Assembly (NCBI GenBank): GCA_027028245.1
Contig: JALVJO010000102.1
Location: forward strand, 12,315-76,314
Source of the DNA: Deltaproteobacteria bacterium
GTDB lineage: Bacteria > Desulfobacterota > Dissulfuribacteria > Dissulfuribacterales > QOAL01
DNA: 64,000 nt
Direction: 5' to 3'
Position numbers and translations under genes: made by a program. Position 1 is the stretch's first letter. Each line of letters starts with the position of its first letter. This document shows positions 19,208-29,432 of this stretch, piece after piece. A model generated the notes under the pieces. That model saw only the letters and a program-made list of their open reading frames with translations. It was not told the origin of the DNA and ran no database searches.

Positions 19208-19759
19208 ATGCCTAAAAAGGCCCTTATAATACTTGCACCTGGTTTTGAGGAACTCGAGGCCGTTGCCGTGATAGATATATTGCGGCGGGCCGGCATAGAT
19301 ATCAAGATTGCCGGCCTGCAGCAGGAGGCTGTTCCGTCTGCCAGGGACGTGAAGATCGTTCCAGACGTCATCCTGAACCAGGTCAAGGACGAGGATTTTG
19401 ATCTTGTGGTATTGCCAGGGGGTATCGATAGCACGGAAACCCTTGCCTCAAACCATGAGGTGGTTTCCCTCCTTAGGAAGCAGCTCGAGGCCGGGCGGCT
19501 GGTAGGCGCAATTTGTGCTGCTCCCACGGTTCTTGACAGGCACGGTCTTTCCAGGGGCAGGACTATAGTCTGTCATCCGGTGTGCCGCAGCGCAGTGAAG
19601 CAGTCCAGTTTGTCCCAAGACAGGGTTGTCAGAGACGGGCAGATCATTACCAGCCAGGGCCCGGGCACTGCGGTGGAGTTTGCCTTTAAGCTGGTGGAGA
19701 GCCTTGAAGGACCTGAGAAAGTGATGGAAGTGAACAAGGGAGTGCTTGCAAGGCTCTGA
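19208..19759 (+). CDS. DJ-1/PfpI family protein
   Basis: 183 aa with nucleophile elbow GAICAAP and PGG..ET motifs typical of DJ-1/YajL. Confidence 0.85.
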   Translation: MPKKALIILAPGFEELEAVAVIDILRRAGIDIKIAGLQQEAVPSARDVKIVPDVILNQVKDEDFDLVVLPGGIDSTETLASNHEVVSLLRKQLEAGRLVGAICAAPTVLDRHGLSRGRTIVCHPVCRSAVKQSSLSQDRVVRDGQIITSQGPGTAVEFAFKLVESLEGPEKVMEVNKGVLARL

Positions 19760-19861
19760 TCTTTCGGGAATGCCGGATAAGGGTGCCTTTATCAACGGGA
19801 AGGGCAAAGACAAAAGTGTCGTTTTTTAGGATGATTTTAACGGCGGTAATATTTATAGCTG

Positions 19862-20833
19862 ATGAGCAGAGACATGAAAAAAGACAAAAGGGGCAGGAAA
19901 AGTACCAGGAAAAAGAAGTCAGGCCGAAGGTCTGTTTCCCTGCCTGTGCCCAAGGACCAGGCAGCCTCGTATCCCGTTGAGGCAGATAATCTCCAGCGTT
20001 ACCTGGCTGAAATAAATAAATACCCTCTCCTGTCACGCCAGGAGGAAGAAGCCATAACAAAGGCCTATTACGAAACCAGGGACCCTGCCCTGGCACACAA
20101 GATAGTGGCATCCAACCTCAGGCTTGTGGTTAAGATCGCACTCGATTTCCAGAAATTCTGGATGCAGAATTTTCTTGATCTTGTGCAGGAAGGCAACGTT
20201 GGTCTCATGCACGCAGTCAAGAAATTCAATCCGTATAAGGGAGTGAAATTTTCCTACTATGCTTCCTTCTGGATAAAGGCCTACATCCTCAAGTTTATAA
20301 TGGACAATTGGCGGCTGGTTAAGATTGGCACCACCCAGGCCCAGAGAAAACTCTTTTACAACTTGAACAAGGAAAAGGAGAATATTCGGGCCCTTGGCTT
20401 CGAGCCTGTTCCCAAGCTCATATCACAGCGCCTGAACGTGTCTGAGCAGGACGTTGTGGACATGGAGCAGAGAATGGGTTCCTGGGAGGTGTCCCTGGAT
20501 GCGCCAGTCAAGCAGGATTCCCAGGATAATTATCTGGACTTTCTGCCCAGTCCCGAATCGGGTGTGGAATCTTCCATTGCAAAGAAAGAAATGGAGGATA
20601 AACTGGGTGAAAAGCTCAGGGAATTCGCTGCCGACCTCAAGGACAGGGAAAAGGTAATCTTCGAGGAAAGACTCCTATCCGAGGATCCCAAGACGCTTCA
20701 GGAACTGGGAGAGCGTTTCGGGGTTTCCAGGGAAAGGGTGCGCCAGATTGAATCCCGCCTTAAAAAGAAACTCGGAAAATTTTTGGAGGCCAACCTGCCG
20801 GACGTAGTCCCTTCTTCAGAATCAGAAACCTGA
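19862..20833 (+). CDS. rpoH: RNA polymerase sigma factor, RpoH (sigma-32)-like
   Basis: Has sigma-70 regions 2-4. The RpoH-box-like segment is WRLVKIGTTQAQRKLFYNL. The start is uncertain: ATG at 19862 gives a Lys/Arg-rich 30-aa extension, while an in-frame GTG at 19946 would give a canonical length. Confidence 0.8.
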   Translation: MSRDMKKDKRGRKSTRKKKSGRRSVSLPVPKDQAASYPVEADNLQRYLAEINKYPLLSRQEEEAITKAYYETRDPALAHKIVASNLRLVVKIALDFQKFWMQNFLDLVQEGNVGLMHAVKKFNPYKGVKFSYYASFWIKAYILKFIMDNWRLVKIGTTQAQRKLFYNLNKEKENIRALGFEPVPKLISQRLNVSEQDVVDMEQRMGSWEVSLDAPVKQDSQDNYLDFLPSPESGVESSIAKKEMEDKLGEKLREFAADLKDREKVIFEERLLSEDPKTLQELGERFGVSRERVRQIESRLKKKLGKFLEANLPDVVPSSESET

Positions 20834-20844
20834 ACAATACCGTT

Positions 20845-22548
20845 ATGAAAAAAGATTATATCCCTTTCCTTTTATGGTGCATCTTGTTTTTTGTGACTGC
20901 CGCACCTTGCAGTGCAAGGGTTGCAGAGTCCCTGGCAGAGTCCTACGCGGCTTATGTCATGGGGCTCATGGATATATCCCGGGGCAATTACCTGGACGCC
21001 CAGAAGTGGCTGAAAACAGCCCATGAGCTGGACCAGGATTCAATAGAGATCCTCAAGGAACTGTCTAGAAACGCCGTGCAGTTGGGAAAGATCCGGGAAG
21101 CGCAGCAATGGACGGAACTGGCCCTTGAGCAGGAACCTGACAACAGGGAACTGCTTCTTCTTCTTGCACGTATTTATATACAGCAGGACAAGGTCAAGGA
21201 TGCCCTGGATGCCATTGAGCAGGTCCTTCAAAAGGATCCGGACAATCAGCAGGCCCTCCTCATGGCCGGAACCCTTTATGCAGAATCCAGGCAGTGGAAA
21301 AAGGCGGAAAATGTCCTGACAAGGGCAGCTTCCCTGGGCGGTCCCAGGGCATTTACGGCATATTATTTCCTGGGAAAGGTTGCAAAGGAAAAAGGCGACT
21401 ATCCTGCTGCAGAAGAATATTTCAAGGCAGCAGTGAGCAAGAACGGTTTTTTCGTCCCGGCATTGTTTGAACTGGCAGAGGTCTATGAACTGGAAGACAA
21501 GACCGATGAGGCAATAAAGACCTATCAGTCTGTTCTTCTGCGTCAGCAGAACAATCTCAAGGCCCGCCAGAAGCTCCTCTTTCTTCTTTTGGAGCAGGGG
21601 AAAAAGAAGAAGGCATTGGAGCAGGTAGAGATCCTGAAACAGCTTTCAAAGCATGATACCAACGTGCAGTTCAGGATTGCCCTGGTGCTTCTTCAGCTGG
21701 GCATGCCGGAAGATGCCCTGGAGATCCTGGAGCCGCTTCACAGGAAGCTTCCGGACAATCCGGACCTGTCCTTTTACACTGCACTGGCATTGGAACAGAC
21801 GGACAGATTCCAGGATGCCCTGGATGTCTACTCGGGTATCCCGTTGGATGCAGAACCTGGAGTAGATGCTGTTGTTCACAGGGCAAGGATCTTGAGCAAG
21901 AAGGGAAAGACCACCCAGGCAGTCGCGGTCTTGAAGGATGCCCTGAAACAAAAGCCAGAGGACGCCCATCTCATCACAGCCCTTTCTTCCATCTACAAGA
22001 AGGCTGGAAGGAACAAGGATGCCCTGGATGTCCTTGAGGCCGGCGTAGAAAAAAATCCCGAGAACAAGGCCCTTCTGATGACCCTTGTTATGACGCTCGA
22101 TTCTATGGCCAGGAAAGAAGATGCCCTGAAATATGCAAAAAAGGCCCTGAAGCTGGACCCTGATTATGTTCCTGCCTTGAACTACATAGGGTATACCTTT
22201 GCAGAAAAGGGTATAAAGCTTGATGAAGCTGAAAGGCTGGTCAAGAAGGCGGTTGAACTTTCGCCAGATGACGGGTTCATACTGGACAGTCTGGGATGGG
22301 TCTATTTCAAGAAAGAAAAATTCGACAGTGCAATAAAATACCTGGCCAGGGCACATAAACTGGTCCCGGATGATCCTATTATCGCGGAGCACCTGGGGGA
22401 TGCCTACATGGCAAGACAGATGTTCGAAAGGGCAGCTGATGTCTACAGGCATGCAGTCAAGAACGCCAAAAAGGGGGAGGAAAAAAGGCGCATCAAGAAA
22501 AAACTCGAAAAGGCCCTGGAAAATTTATCAGACATGCCGGATATCTGA
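20845..22548 (+). CDS. secreted tetratricopeptide-repeat protein
   Basis: 567 aa with a signal peptide (..FFVTAAPCSA). The rest is TPR-like 34-aa helical repeats throughout. Confidence 0.8.
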   Translation: MKKDYIPFLLWCILFFVTAAPCSARVAESLAESYAAYVMGLMDISRGNYLDAQKWLKTAHELDQDSIEILKELSRNAVQLGKIREAQQWTELALEQEPDNRELLLLLARIYIQQDKVKDALDAIEQVLQKDPDNQQALLMAGTLYAESRQWKKAENVLTRAASLGGPRAFTAYYFLGKVAKEKGDYPAAEEYFKAAVSKNGFFVPALFELAEVYELEDKTDEAIKTYQSVLLRQQNNLKARQKLLFLLLEQGKKKKALEQVEILKQLSKHDTNVQFRIALVLLQLGMPEDALEILEPLHRKLPDNPDLSFYTALALEQTDRFQDALDVYSGIPLDAEPGVDAVVHRARILSKKGKTTQAVAVLKDALKQKPEDAHLITALSSIYKKAGRNKDALDVLEAGVEKNPENKALLMTLVMTLDSMARKEDALKYAKKALKLDPDYVPALNYIGYTFAEKGIKLDEAERLVKKAVELSPDDGFILDSLGWVYFKKEKFDSAIKYLARAHKLVPDDPIIAEHLGDAYMARQMFERAADVYRHAVKNAKKGEEKRRIKKKLEKALENLSDMPDI

Positions 22549-22734
22549 GGTGCCGGCCTCAGAAGGCAGGCCCTGTTTTTGGATACAGCCACTTGATAGC
22601 GGCGGGCATATTTGTTATCAGTGGTCAGCATCTTTTCCTGCTCCTTCGGCAGGTCTTCCTGGATGGTGTTTCTAGATCTATGATCCTTTTTGAGATCCCG
22701 TGCAGGGACAGGAGGTTGAGACATAACACGTGAA

Positions 22735-23460
22735 TTGAACAGAAGGGCAGCCCTTTCAGTGGAAGATTTGTCCAAGGTTTATGAATCTGACGGGAGATAT
22801 TCCGCGGTTCTGCAAAATCTGTCCTGCAAGATATATGAAAATGAAGCCGTGGCAGTGGTTGGTGCCTCAGGGGTGGGCAAGACCACATTTCTGCACCTTG
22901 TGGGCACTCTGGACAGGCCCACCAGTGGCAGGATCTTCCATTTTGGACAGGATGTCTTTTCCTGGTCCGACCGCCGTCTTTCCTGGTTCAGGAATGGGCA
23001 GATAGGCTTTGTCTTCCAGTTTCACCATCTCCTTTCCGAATTCACTGCACTGGAAAATGTCATGATGCCCTGTCTTGTTGCCGGTCAGAAGGTAAGCAGT
23101 GCCAGGCAGAAGGCCGGCCGCCTCCTGGAATTCCTGGGTCTGGGACAAAAGGCTGATGAAAATGTCAAGCATCTTTCCGGCGGCGAACAGCAGAGAGTGG
23201 CCCTGGCCCGTGCCCTGGTCAGGGAACCAAGGCTTATCCTGGCGGATGAGCCCACTGGAAACCTTGATGAAAAAAGCGGCCTTAAGGTGGCGGATCTTCT
23301 TTTCAAGATGAAGGAACATTTCAATGCCACCATTATCATTGTTACCCACAACCTGAACCTGGCCCGCAGGACAGACCGCTGTATCGGTTTGAAGGCAGGC
23401 CGGGCCCTGGAGATAGACAAGGAAAGGCTTGCTGATTTCGTAATGGAAAAGGCAGCATGA
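22735..23460 (+). CDS. ABC transporter ATP-binding protein, LolD/MacB-like
   Basis: Walker [10 protein letters not shown], signature [15 protein letters not shown], Walker [12 protein letters not shown]. The start is TTG at 22735 or GTG at 22759. No permease partner is adjacent. Confidence 0.8.
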   Translation: MNRRAALSVEDLSKVYESDGRYSAVLQNLSCKIYENEAVAVVGASGVGKTTFLHLVGTLDRPTSGRIFHFGQDVFSWSDRRLSWFRNGQIGFVFQFHHLLSEFTALENVMMPCLVAGQKVSSARQKAGRLLEFLGLGQKADENVKHLSGGEQQRVALARALVREPRLILADEPTGNLDEKSGLKVADLLFKMKEHFNATIIIVTHNLNLARRTDRCIGLKAGRALEIDKERLADFVMEKAA

Positions 23461-26198
23461 AGCGTCATACCGGCGGCCGTCCCTACTTTTTCAAGGCCTT
23501 CCATGGCTTGCTGATGCATTCTATCAGCCGCCTTGCCTTCCAGATTCTTGTAATTTTTTGTGCCGCAATCATCATGGCTTCAGGCAGTGTTTCCGTTTCT
23601 CAGGCAGAAACCGGCAGCGAAGCAGGCAGTGTCTCCGTAACACTTTTTGATCCCGGCTATATAGGACCACCAGAAAAGAGAGATCTTGTCCAGGATGTCA
23701 AAAGGCTTCTCGGAACAGAGCTTGAGGCCAGAGGACATATAGTTGACAACAGCAGCGAGAAGATAAAGACTCCGGCACAGGCCAGACAACTCCTGGCTCG
23801 CAGCGGGAGCCGCTACGGCATATACGGTACTGTCTCTGTCCTGGGTTCGGTAATGAGCCTTGATTTTTTCATTGTAAGTACAGACACCATGGAGAAGAAA
23901 CCCCAGGTGGCATTTGTGCAGGGACCGCTTGAAAAGGAGAAGCAGCTTGTCGCCCTGCTGGGGGAGAGGATAGAAAAGAGATTTCTGACTCCTTTTCTCG
24001 TTGCCAGGGTCCAGATTGAGGGCAACAAAAGGGTGGGCACAGACGCCATACTCCAGAATGTGTCTACGGCCAAGGGGGAAAAGTACGATCCTGTCAAGAT
24101 AGCAAGAGACATCCAGACCCTTTATGACATGGGCTATTTTGATGACATAGAGGTGGATGTGGAAGACAGCCCCGAGGGCAAGATCGTTACCTTCATGGTG
24201 AGGGAAAAACCTGCAATTCGCAAGATCGTCTTCCAGGGCAACCATGAAATCAAGGATGAAAAGCTCAAGGAAATCCTGGACTTAAAACCATACTCAGTCA
24301 TAAAGGAAAAGGCCCTGCAGGAAAGTGCAGAGAAGATAAAGGCACTCTACGCTGACAAGGGTTATGCCGGCACTACTGTAACTGTGTCCATCAAGCCTGT
24401 TTCCGGCCAGGCGGCAGACGTGGTCTTTGATATCAACGAGGGAGAAAAGGTCGAGATAAAGGAGATCAAATTTGAGGGCCTGAAGGCATTCGATGCCGAT
24501 GAGCTGACAGGCATCATGGAGGTCCAGGCCAAGAAACCGTGGTGGACCCCGAGCCTGCGGAACATAATGGGCATGATAAAGGGTAATGCAGGCGTGCTCA
24601 AATGGGATGCCCTGGAAAGAGATCTGGGGCGCATAGCTGCCTTTTATCACAATCACGGCTATGTTGATGCCAAGGTTGGAGAACCCAAGGTTAAAAGGGA
24701 GGGGGCCGACCTCTACATAACCATCCCCATACAGGAAGGGGAAAGGTATGCTGTAGGCAAGGTGGACATCAAACAGGAGTTTTTCAGGGATAAGCAGGAA
24801 CTTCTTAAGTCCCTGGAGATTGAAAAGCAGGATTATTTCAGCCAGGAGGTCTTGAGAAAGGACATAATGAATCTCACCAGCAGGTACTCCGATTTCGGGT
24901 TCGCTCACTGCACCATAACGCCTGCCATCACAAAGGACCCGGAGAAAAAGGCAGTTAATATCCTGCTGGTTGTCAACAGGGGACCCAAGGTATATTTCGA
25001 CCGCATCTCCATTGCAGGCAATACCAGGACCAGGGACAAGGTTATCAGGCGGGAGCTCAGGGTCATGGAACTTAAACCTTTTTCCGCAACAGGTCTCAAA
25101 AAGAGCAACGACAGGCTCAGGAGACTGGGCTATTTCGAAGACGTGGAAATTACACCCAGGCCGGGCAAGGACGAAAAACACATGGACCTTGATGTGAAGG
25201 TCAAGGAAAGACCTACCGGAACCTTCAGCATAGGTGCCGGGTACAGTTCTGTAGACAGTCTCATGCTCATGGGTGAAATAAGCCAGAGAAACTTCCTGGG
25301 CAAGGGCCAGACCCTCAGTTTCAAGGGAATCCTGGGTGGGAGCACCCAGAGGTATTCTCTGAGCTTCTTTGAACCATATTTCAGAGATACCAGGTTTTCC
25401 ATGGGAGTGGACCTGTACAACTGGCGTTATGACTACTCCGATTACACAAAGGACAGCACCGGCGGGGCCCTGAGGTTCGGCTATCCCTTGACGGACAACT
25501 TGAGATTCTTCTTCGGCTTGAGGGCTGACTACACGGATCTGTCAGACATCAGCGACAATACCTCTGTCATTATACAGGACTCCCTGGACATCAAGTCTAC
25601 AAGGTCCATGAATGCCGGTCTGACCTATGACACCAGGAACCGCTATTTCAACCCCAGCAGGGGCTGGGTAAATGATTTCGGTGTGGAATATGCCGGGGGC
25701 ATTCTGGGCGGGGATGCTGCATTTGTAAAATTCCAGGGCACCCTGGGCTATTATCATACCATCTGGAAGGAGCTGATAGGCCATGCCAAGCTTGGGGCCG
25801 GCTACGTTTTTGAAGGCTCCGGAGGGAAACTGCCGGTCTACGACCGTTTTTTCCTGGGTGGCCTCGATTCCATCCGGGGATTCAAATATGGAGATGTAAG
25901 TCCCAAGGATCCTGAAACAGGCGAGCGCATCGGCGGTGAGTACATGGGATATCTCCAGTCTGAGATGATTTTCCCGCTGATCAAGAACATGGGCCTCAAC
26001 GGCGTGGTGTTCTGTGACATGGGAAATGTCTGGGCCAAGGACAATATGGATATCGGCAATCTCAGGATGTCTCTGGGAGGAGGTGTCAGGTGGCTTTCGC
26101 CAATGGGTCCCCTGCGTGTCGAATGGGGTTACAACGTCGAGAGGGAGCCGGATGATGACAAGAGCAACTGGGAATTCCGAATGGGAGGAAATTTCTGA
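23457..26198 (+). CDS. bamA: outer membrane protein assembly factor BamA, with extra N-terminal domain
   Basis: 913 aa. POTRA repeats run from about aa 183 ([15 protein letters not shown]..), followed by an Omp85 barrel ending ..EFRMGGNF. The signal peptide follows the internal Met at 23514. Confidence 0.9.
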   Translation: MKRHTGGRPYFFKAFHGLLMHSISRLAFQILVIFCAAIIMASGSVSVSQAETGSEAGSVSVTLFDPGYIGPPEKRDLVQDVKRLLGTELEARGHIVDNSSEKIKTPAQARQLLARSGSRYGIYGTVSVLGSVMSLDFFIVSTDTMEKKPQVAFVQGPLEKEKQLVALLGERIEKRFLTPFLVARVQIEGNKRVGTDAILQNVSTAKGEKYDPVKIARDIQTLYDMGYFDDIEVDVEDSPEGKIVTFMVREKPAIRKIVFQGNHEIKDEKLKEILDLKPYSVIKEKALQESAEKIKALYADKGYAGTTVTVSIKPVSGQAADVVFDINEGEKVEIKEIKFEGLKAFDADELTGIMEVQAKKPWWTPSLRNIMGMIKGNAGVLKWDALERDLGRIAAFYHNHGYVDAKVGEPKVKREGADLYITIPIQEGERYAVGKVDIKQEFFRDKQELLKSLEIEKQDYFSQEVLRKDIMNLTSRYSDFGFAHCTITPAITKDPEKKAVNILLVVNRGPKVYFDRISIAGNTRTRDKVIRRELRVMELKPFSATGLKKSNDRLRRLGYFEDVEITPRPGKDEKHMDLDVKVKERPTGTFSIGAGYSSVDSLMLMGEISQRNFLGKGQTLSFKGILGGSTQRYSLSFFEPYFRDTRFSMGVDLYNWRYDYSDYTKDSTGGALRFGYPLTDNLRFFFGLRADYTDLSDISDNTSVIIQDSLDIKSTRSMNAGLTYDTRNRYFNPSRGWVNDFGVEYAGGILGGDAAFVKFQGTLGYYHTIWKELIGHAKLGAGYVFEGSGGKLPVYDRFFLGGLDSIRGFKYGDVSPKDPETGERIGGEYMGYLQSEMIFPLIKNMGLNGVVFCDMGNVWAKDNMDIGNLRMSLGGGVRWLSPMGPLRVEWGYNVEREPDDDKSNWEFRMGGNF

Positions 26199-26204
26199 TT
26201 CGTT

Positions 26205-27239
26205 ATGGCAGGACATACCCTCAGGACATTGGCCGAGCTGGCAGGGGGCAAGGTACGAGGCAATCCGGATTTTACTGTTTCAGGTATCGCTGCCCTTGAC
26301 TCTGCAAAAAAGGATGAAATCAGCTTTGCCGTAAATGCCGGGGCTGCCGGGCTTGTACAAAAGTCCGGGGCCAGTGCACTGATACTCCCGGAAAACTGGC
26401 CCTTTGAGGAAAAGAGGCCGTGCATCCTGGTGCCGGATCCATATCTGGCCTTTGCCAGGATTGCCGGTTTCTTTGCATCCAAGCCCTTTCATGCCCGAGG
26501 GATTCATCAGTCGGCACAGATAGGTGAAGGGTGCACTATAGATCCCAGGGTTACCATATGTGCCGGCGTCGTCATCGGAGAAAAGGCCGACATTGGCGAA
26601 GAAGTCACTATCCACCCGGGTGTGGTTATAGGCAGCAGGGTTTCCATAGGAAGGCGCTCAGAGATATTTCCCAATGTTGTCATATATGAGGGCTGCAGAA
26701 TAGGGCAAAATGTCCGAATCCATGCAGGCACTGTAATAGGGGCGGATGGATTCGGGTATGCACAGGGTCCTGAAGGACATGTAAAGATTCCTCAGACAGG
26801 CATTGTTGAAATAGAAGATGATGTGGAAATCGGTGCTAATTCCACCATTGACCGGGCCACACTCGGCATTACCAGGATAGGCAGAGGTACAAAGATAGAC
26901 AATCTGGTTATGATCGCCCATAATGTGACAATAGGCCCTCAGAGCATAATTGTCAGCCAGGTAGGTATTTCGGGCAGTACAAAGGTGGGTGCCGGGGTGC
27001 TCATGGGCGGCCAGGTGGGCATTGTCGGACACGTGGAGATCGGGGACAGGGCCAGAATTGGAGCAAAATCCGGGGTGGCTCAGTCAGTGCCCCCGGGAGA
27101 AACGGTATCAGGCGCACCAGCGATCCCGCACAGAAGATGGCTCAGGATGGTAAATGCCCTCAAGAGGCTGCCCGATATGGTAAGGGACATCAGAGAACTG
27201 AAAAAAAGACTGGAGAACCTCGAGGATGGCAAAGGATAA
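26205..27239 (+). CDS. lpxD: UDP-3-O-acylglucosamine N-acyltransferase
   Basis: 344 aa with an LpxD N-terminal domain, a long hexapeptide left-handed beta-helix and a C-terminal helix. It sits in the lpx cluster. Confidence 0.9.
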   Translation: MAGHTLRTLAELAGGKVRGNPDFTVSGIAALDSAKKDEISFAVNAGAAGLVQKSGASALILPENWPFEEKRPCILVPDPYLAFARIAGFFASKPFHARGIHQSAQIGEGCTIDPRVTICAGVVIGEKADIGEEVTIHPGVVIGSRVSIGRRSEIFPNVVIYEGCRIGQNVRIHAGTVIGADGFGYAQGPEGHVKIPQTGIVEIEDDVEIGANSTIDRATLGITRIGRGTKIDNLVMIAHNVTIGPQSIIVSQVGISGSTKVGAGVLMGGQVGIVGHVEIGDRARIGAKSGVAQSVPPGETVSGAPAIPHRRWLRMVNALKRLPDMVRDIRELKKRLENLEDGKG

Positions 27240-27675
27240 TTCAGGATTCCGCATAGACGAAATAACAGAGCTTCTTCCGCACAGGTACCCTTTCCTGCTG
27301 ATAGACAGGGTTACAGAACTTGTGCCGGGCAAATATATAAAGGGCTTCAAGAATGTCACCATGAATGAACCCTTTTTCCAGGGGCATTTCCCGGGCGAGC
27401 CCATTATGCCTGGTGTCCTTATCCTTGAGTCCATGGCTCAGCTTGGAATCCTTTTTGCCAAAAAAACCGCCATGGACGAGCTTTCTGGGAAACTGCTCGT
27501 CTTTGCAGGGATGGACGGTGTGCGGTTTCGGAGACCCGTGGTCCCTGGCGACAGGCTGGAGATAGAGCTTCATATGGTTAAGAAAAAGCGCATAGTCTGG
27601 AAGATGGCAGGCCTTGCCCGGGTGGACGGAGAGGAAGCAGTTGAGGCCACACTCATGGCTGCAGTACAGGGCTGA
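27226..27675 (+). CDS. fabZ: 3-hydroxyacyl-ACP dehydratase
   Basis: 149 aa with [13 protein letters not shown] and [16 protein letters not shown] motifs. Confidence 0.95.
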   Translation: MAKDNSGFRIDEITELLPHRYPFLLIDRVTELVPGKYIKGFKNVTMNEPFFQGHFPGEPIMPGVLILESMAQLGILFAKKTAMDELSGKLLVFAGMDGVRFRRPVVPGDRLEIELHMVKKKRIVWKMAGLARVDGEEAVEATLMAAVQG

Positions 27676-27773
27676 TATTGCAATTATTTTTTGAGTCGGA
27701 ATTTTGATTTTACGCAGACTTATTCGTTTAACTGCCTGAATGGCGCCCCTCCTATAAAATAATATTCGGTTAG

Positions 27774-28595
27774 GTGAAAAGTATGAAGATTCCAGAATCC
27801 TGCAGGATACATCCCACTGCAGTCGTCGAGGAGAATGCAGTGCTGGGAGAAGATGTATTTGTCGGCCCGTATGCCATTATAGGCCCGGATGTATCCATTG
27901 GGGACGGCTGCCATGTTGCACCGCACGTAGTTATAGAAGGCGTTACGAGGATAGGACAAAATTGCCAGATATTTCAGTTTGCCTCCATAGGGGCAGCACC
28001 CCAGGATATTACCTATGGCGGTGAAAAAACCGGCCTTGTCATAGGAGATGGGACCATAATCAGAGAATCCGTCACCATCCACCGGGGTACGCCAAAGGGC
28101 GGGGGGACTACAGAAATCGGCTCAAGATGCATGATAATGGCCTATTCGCACATAGCACATGACTGCAAGATCGGCAACCAGGTGATAATGGCCAATGTTG
28201 CCACCCTGGGCGGCCACGTAGAGATCGGAGATCACGCCGTCATCGGGGGACTTTCTGCAATACATCAGTTCTGCAGGGTTGGCAGTTATGCCTTTCTGGG
28301 CGGCATGTCGGGTGCCAACAAGGACATCCCGCCCTTTGTCAAGTACCAGGGGCAGAGGGCAAATCTTTTCGGCATAAATGTTCTGGGGCTCAAGAGGGCC
28401 GGTTTTTCAAGGCAGACCATAGAGGCCTTGAGGGAGGCCTACCGGATCATATTTGCAAAGTCCGAGACCATTACCGAAGGGCTTGACGTTGCTGACAACA
28501 CCTTTCCTGATGTGCCTGAGGTAAGGCAGTTTACCGGTTTCATCAGGGAATCCAAGAGAGGTGTTCCTGCAGGAGTATGGAACAATTCGAATTAA
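27774..28595 (+). CDS. lpxA: acyl-ACP--UDP-N-acetylglucosamine O-acyltransferase
   Basis: 273 aa with hexapeptide repeats (IHPTAVVEENAVLGEDVFVGPYAIIG) and an LpxA C-terminal helical domain. The start is GTG at 27774 or ATG at 27783. Confidence 0.9.
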   Translation: MKSMKIPESCRIHPTAVVEENAVLGEDVFVGPYAIIGPDVSIGDGCHVAPHVVIEGVTRIGQNCQIFQFASIGAAPQDITYGGEKTGLVIGDGTIIRESVTIHRGTPKGGGTTEIGSRCMIMAYSHIAHDCKIGNQVIMANVATLGGHVEIGDHAVIGGLSAIHQFCRVGSYAFLGGMSGANKDIPPFVKYQGQRANLFGINVLGLKRAGFSRQTIEALREAYRIIFAKSETITEGLDVADNTFPDVPEVRQFTGFIRESKRGVPAGVWNNSN

Positions 28596-29425
28596 AACCA
28601 GGTTCTTCCCTGGGCATCATCTCTGGAGGAGGGCAGCTGCCCCTTTTGATTGCCGAGGCAGCCGGTAAGAGAGGCCACCAGGTGTTTGCCATTGCCCACA
28701 GGGGGGAAACGGATCAGGCAATTGAAAAATGGTGCACAGGGGTAAAGTGGCTGAAACTTGGACAGCTGAACAAGCTCATAGGTTTTTTCAAGAAAAGAAA
28801 CGTGGGCATTGTGATGTTTGCCGGCACCATTACCAAGACCAGGATCTTTTTCGATGTTCGTCCGGATTTCAGGGCCTTGGCCCTTTGGAACAAGCTTGAA
28901 GGGCACCTGGATGACCGCCTGCTTCGTGCTGTGGCAGCAGAGCTTGAAAAGGAAGGGATAAAGGTCCTGCCCTATACATGGCTCCTTGAAGATCTGCTCT
29001 TTCCTCTTGGGATACTGACCAGACGTTTCCCTTCAAGCCGGGAAGAGAAGGACATCCGGTTCGGCCTGGGGCTTGCCAGGCAGATAGGCAGGCTGGATAT
29101 AGGCCAGTGCCTGGTGGTCAAGGACGGTACTGTTCTGGCAATTGAGGCAATAGAAGGAACGGATGAAACCATCAGGCGCGGCGGACGCCTGGGCGGGGAA
29201 GGGGCCGTGATTGTAAAGGTGTGCAAGCCCGGCCAGGATACCAGGTTTGATCTTCCTTCCGTTGGTACTAAAACCATAGAAACCATGATAGAATCCGGGG
29301 CAAGCGTGCTTGCAGCAGAGGCTGGCCGCTCACTTTTTTTCGACCGGGATGAGGCGGTAATGCTCGCCGACAAGCACGGGATCGCCATTGTAGGGGTAGA
29401 ACCAGGAAAACCCGAAGGACATTGA
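28577..29425 (+). CDS. lpxI: UDP-2,3-diacylglucosamine diphosphatase LpxI (DUF1009 family)
   Basis: 282 aa. LGIISGGGQLPLL at the N-terminus and the position between lpxA and lpxB are typical of LpxI. Confidence 0.8.
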   Translation: MEQFELKPGSSLGIISGGGQLPLLIAEAAGKRGHQVFAIAHRGETDQAIEKWCTGVKWLKLGQLNKLIGFFKKRNVGIVMFAGTITKTRIFFDVRPDFRALALWNKLEGHLDDRLLRAVAAELEKEGIKVLPYTWLLEDLLFPLGILTRRFPSSREEKDIRFGLGLARQIGRLDIGQCLVVKDGTVLAIEAIEGTDETIRRGGRLGGEGAVIVKVCKPGQDTRFDLPSVGTKTIETMIESGASVLAAEAGRSLFFDRDEAVMLADKHGIAIVGVEPGKPEGH

Positions 29426-29432
29426 GGTACAA

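Noticed and set aside
22552-22580. Possible terminator after the TPR gene (GCCGGCCT-CAGA-AGGCAGGC then CCTGTTTTT)
   Set aside because: The stem has a mismatch and the T-run is separated from it by CCTG. This is weak evidence and is left out of the feature list.
21646-26216. Long antisense ORFs inside the TPR gene and bamA (21646..22452, 23580..24245, 24294..25181, 25542..26216)
   Set aside because: Each one mirrors a confidently identified plus-strand gene and has no domain signatures. The same applies to other shadow ORFs, for example 30831..31526, 55859..56680, 57324..58169, 62815..63489, 356..1099 and 474..1052.
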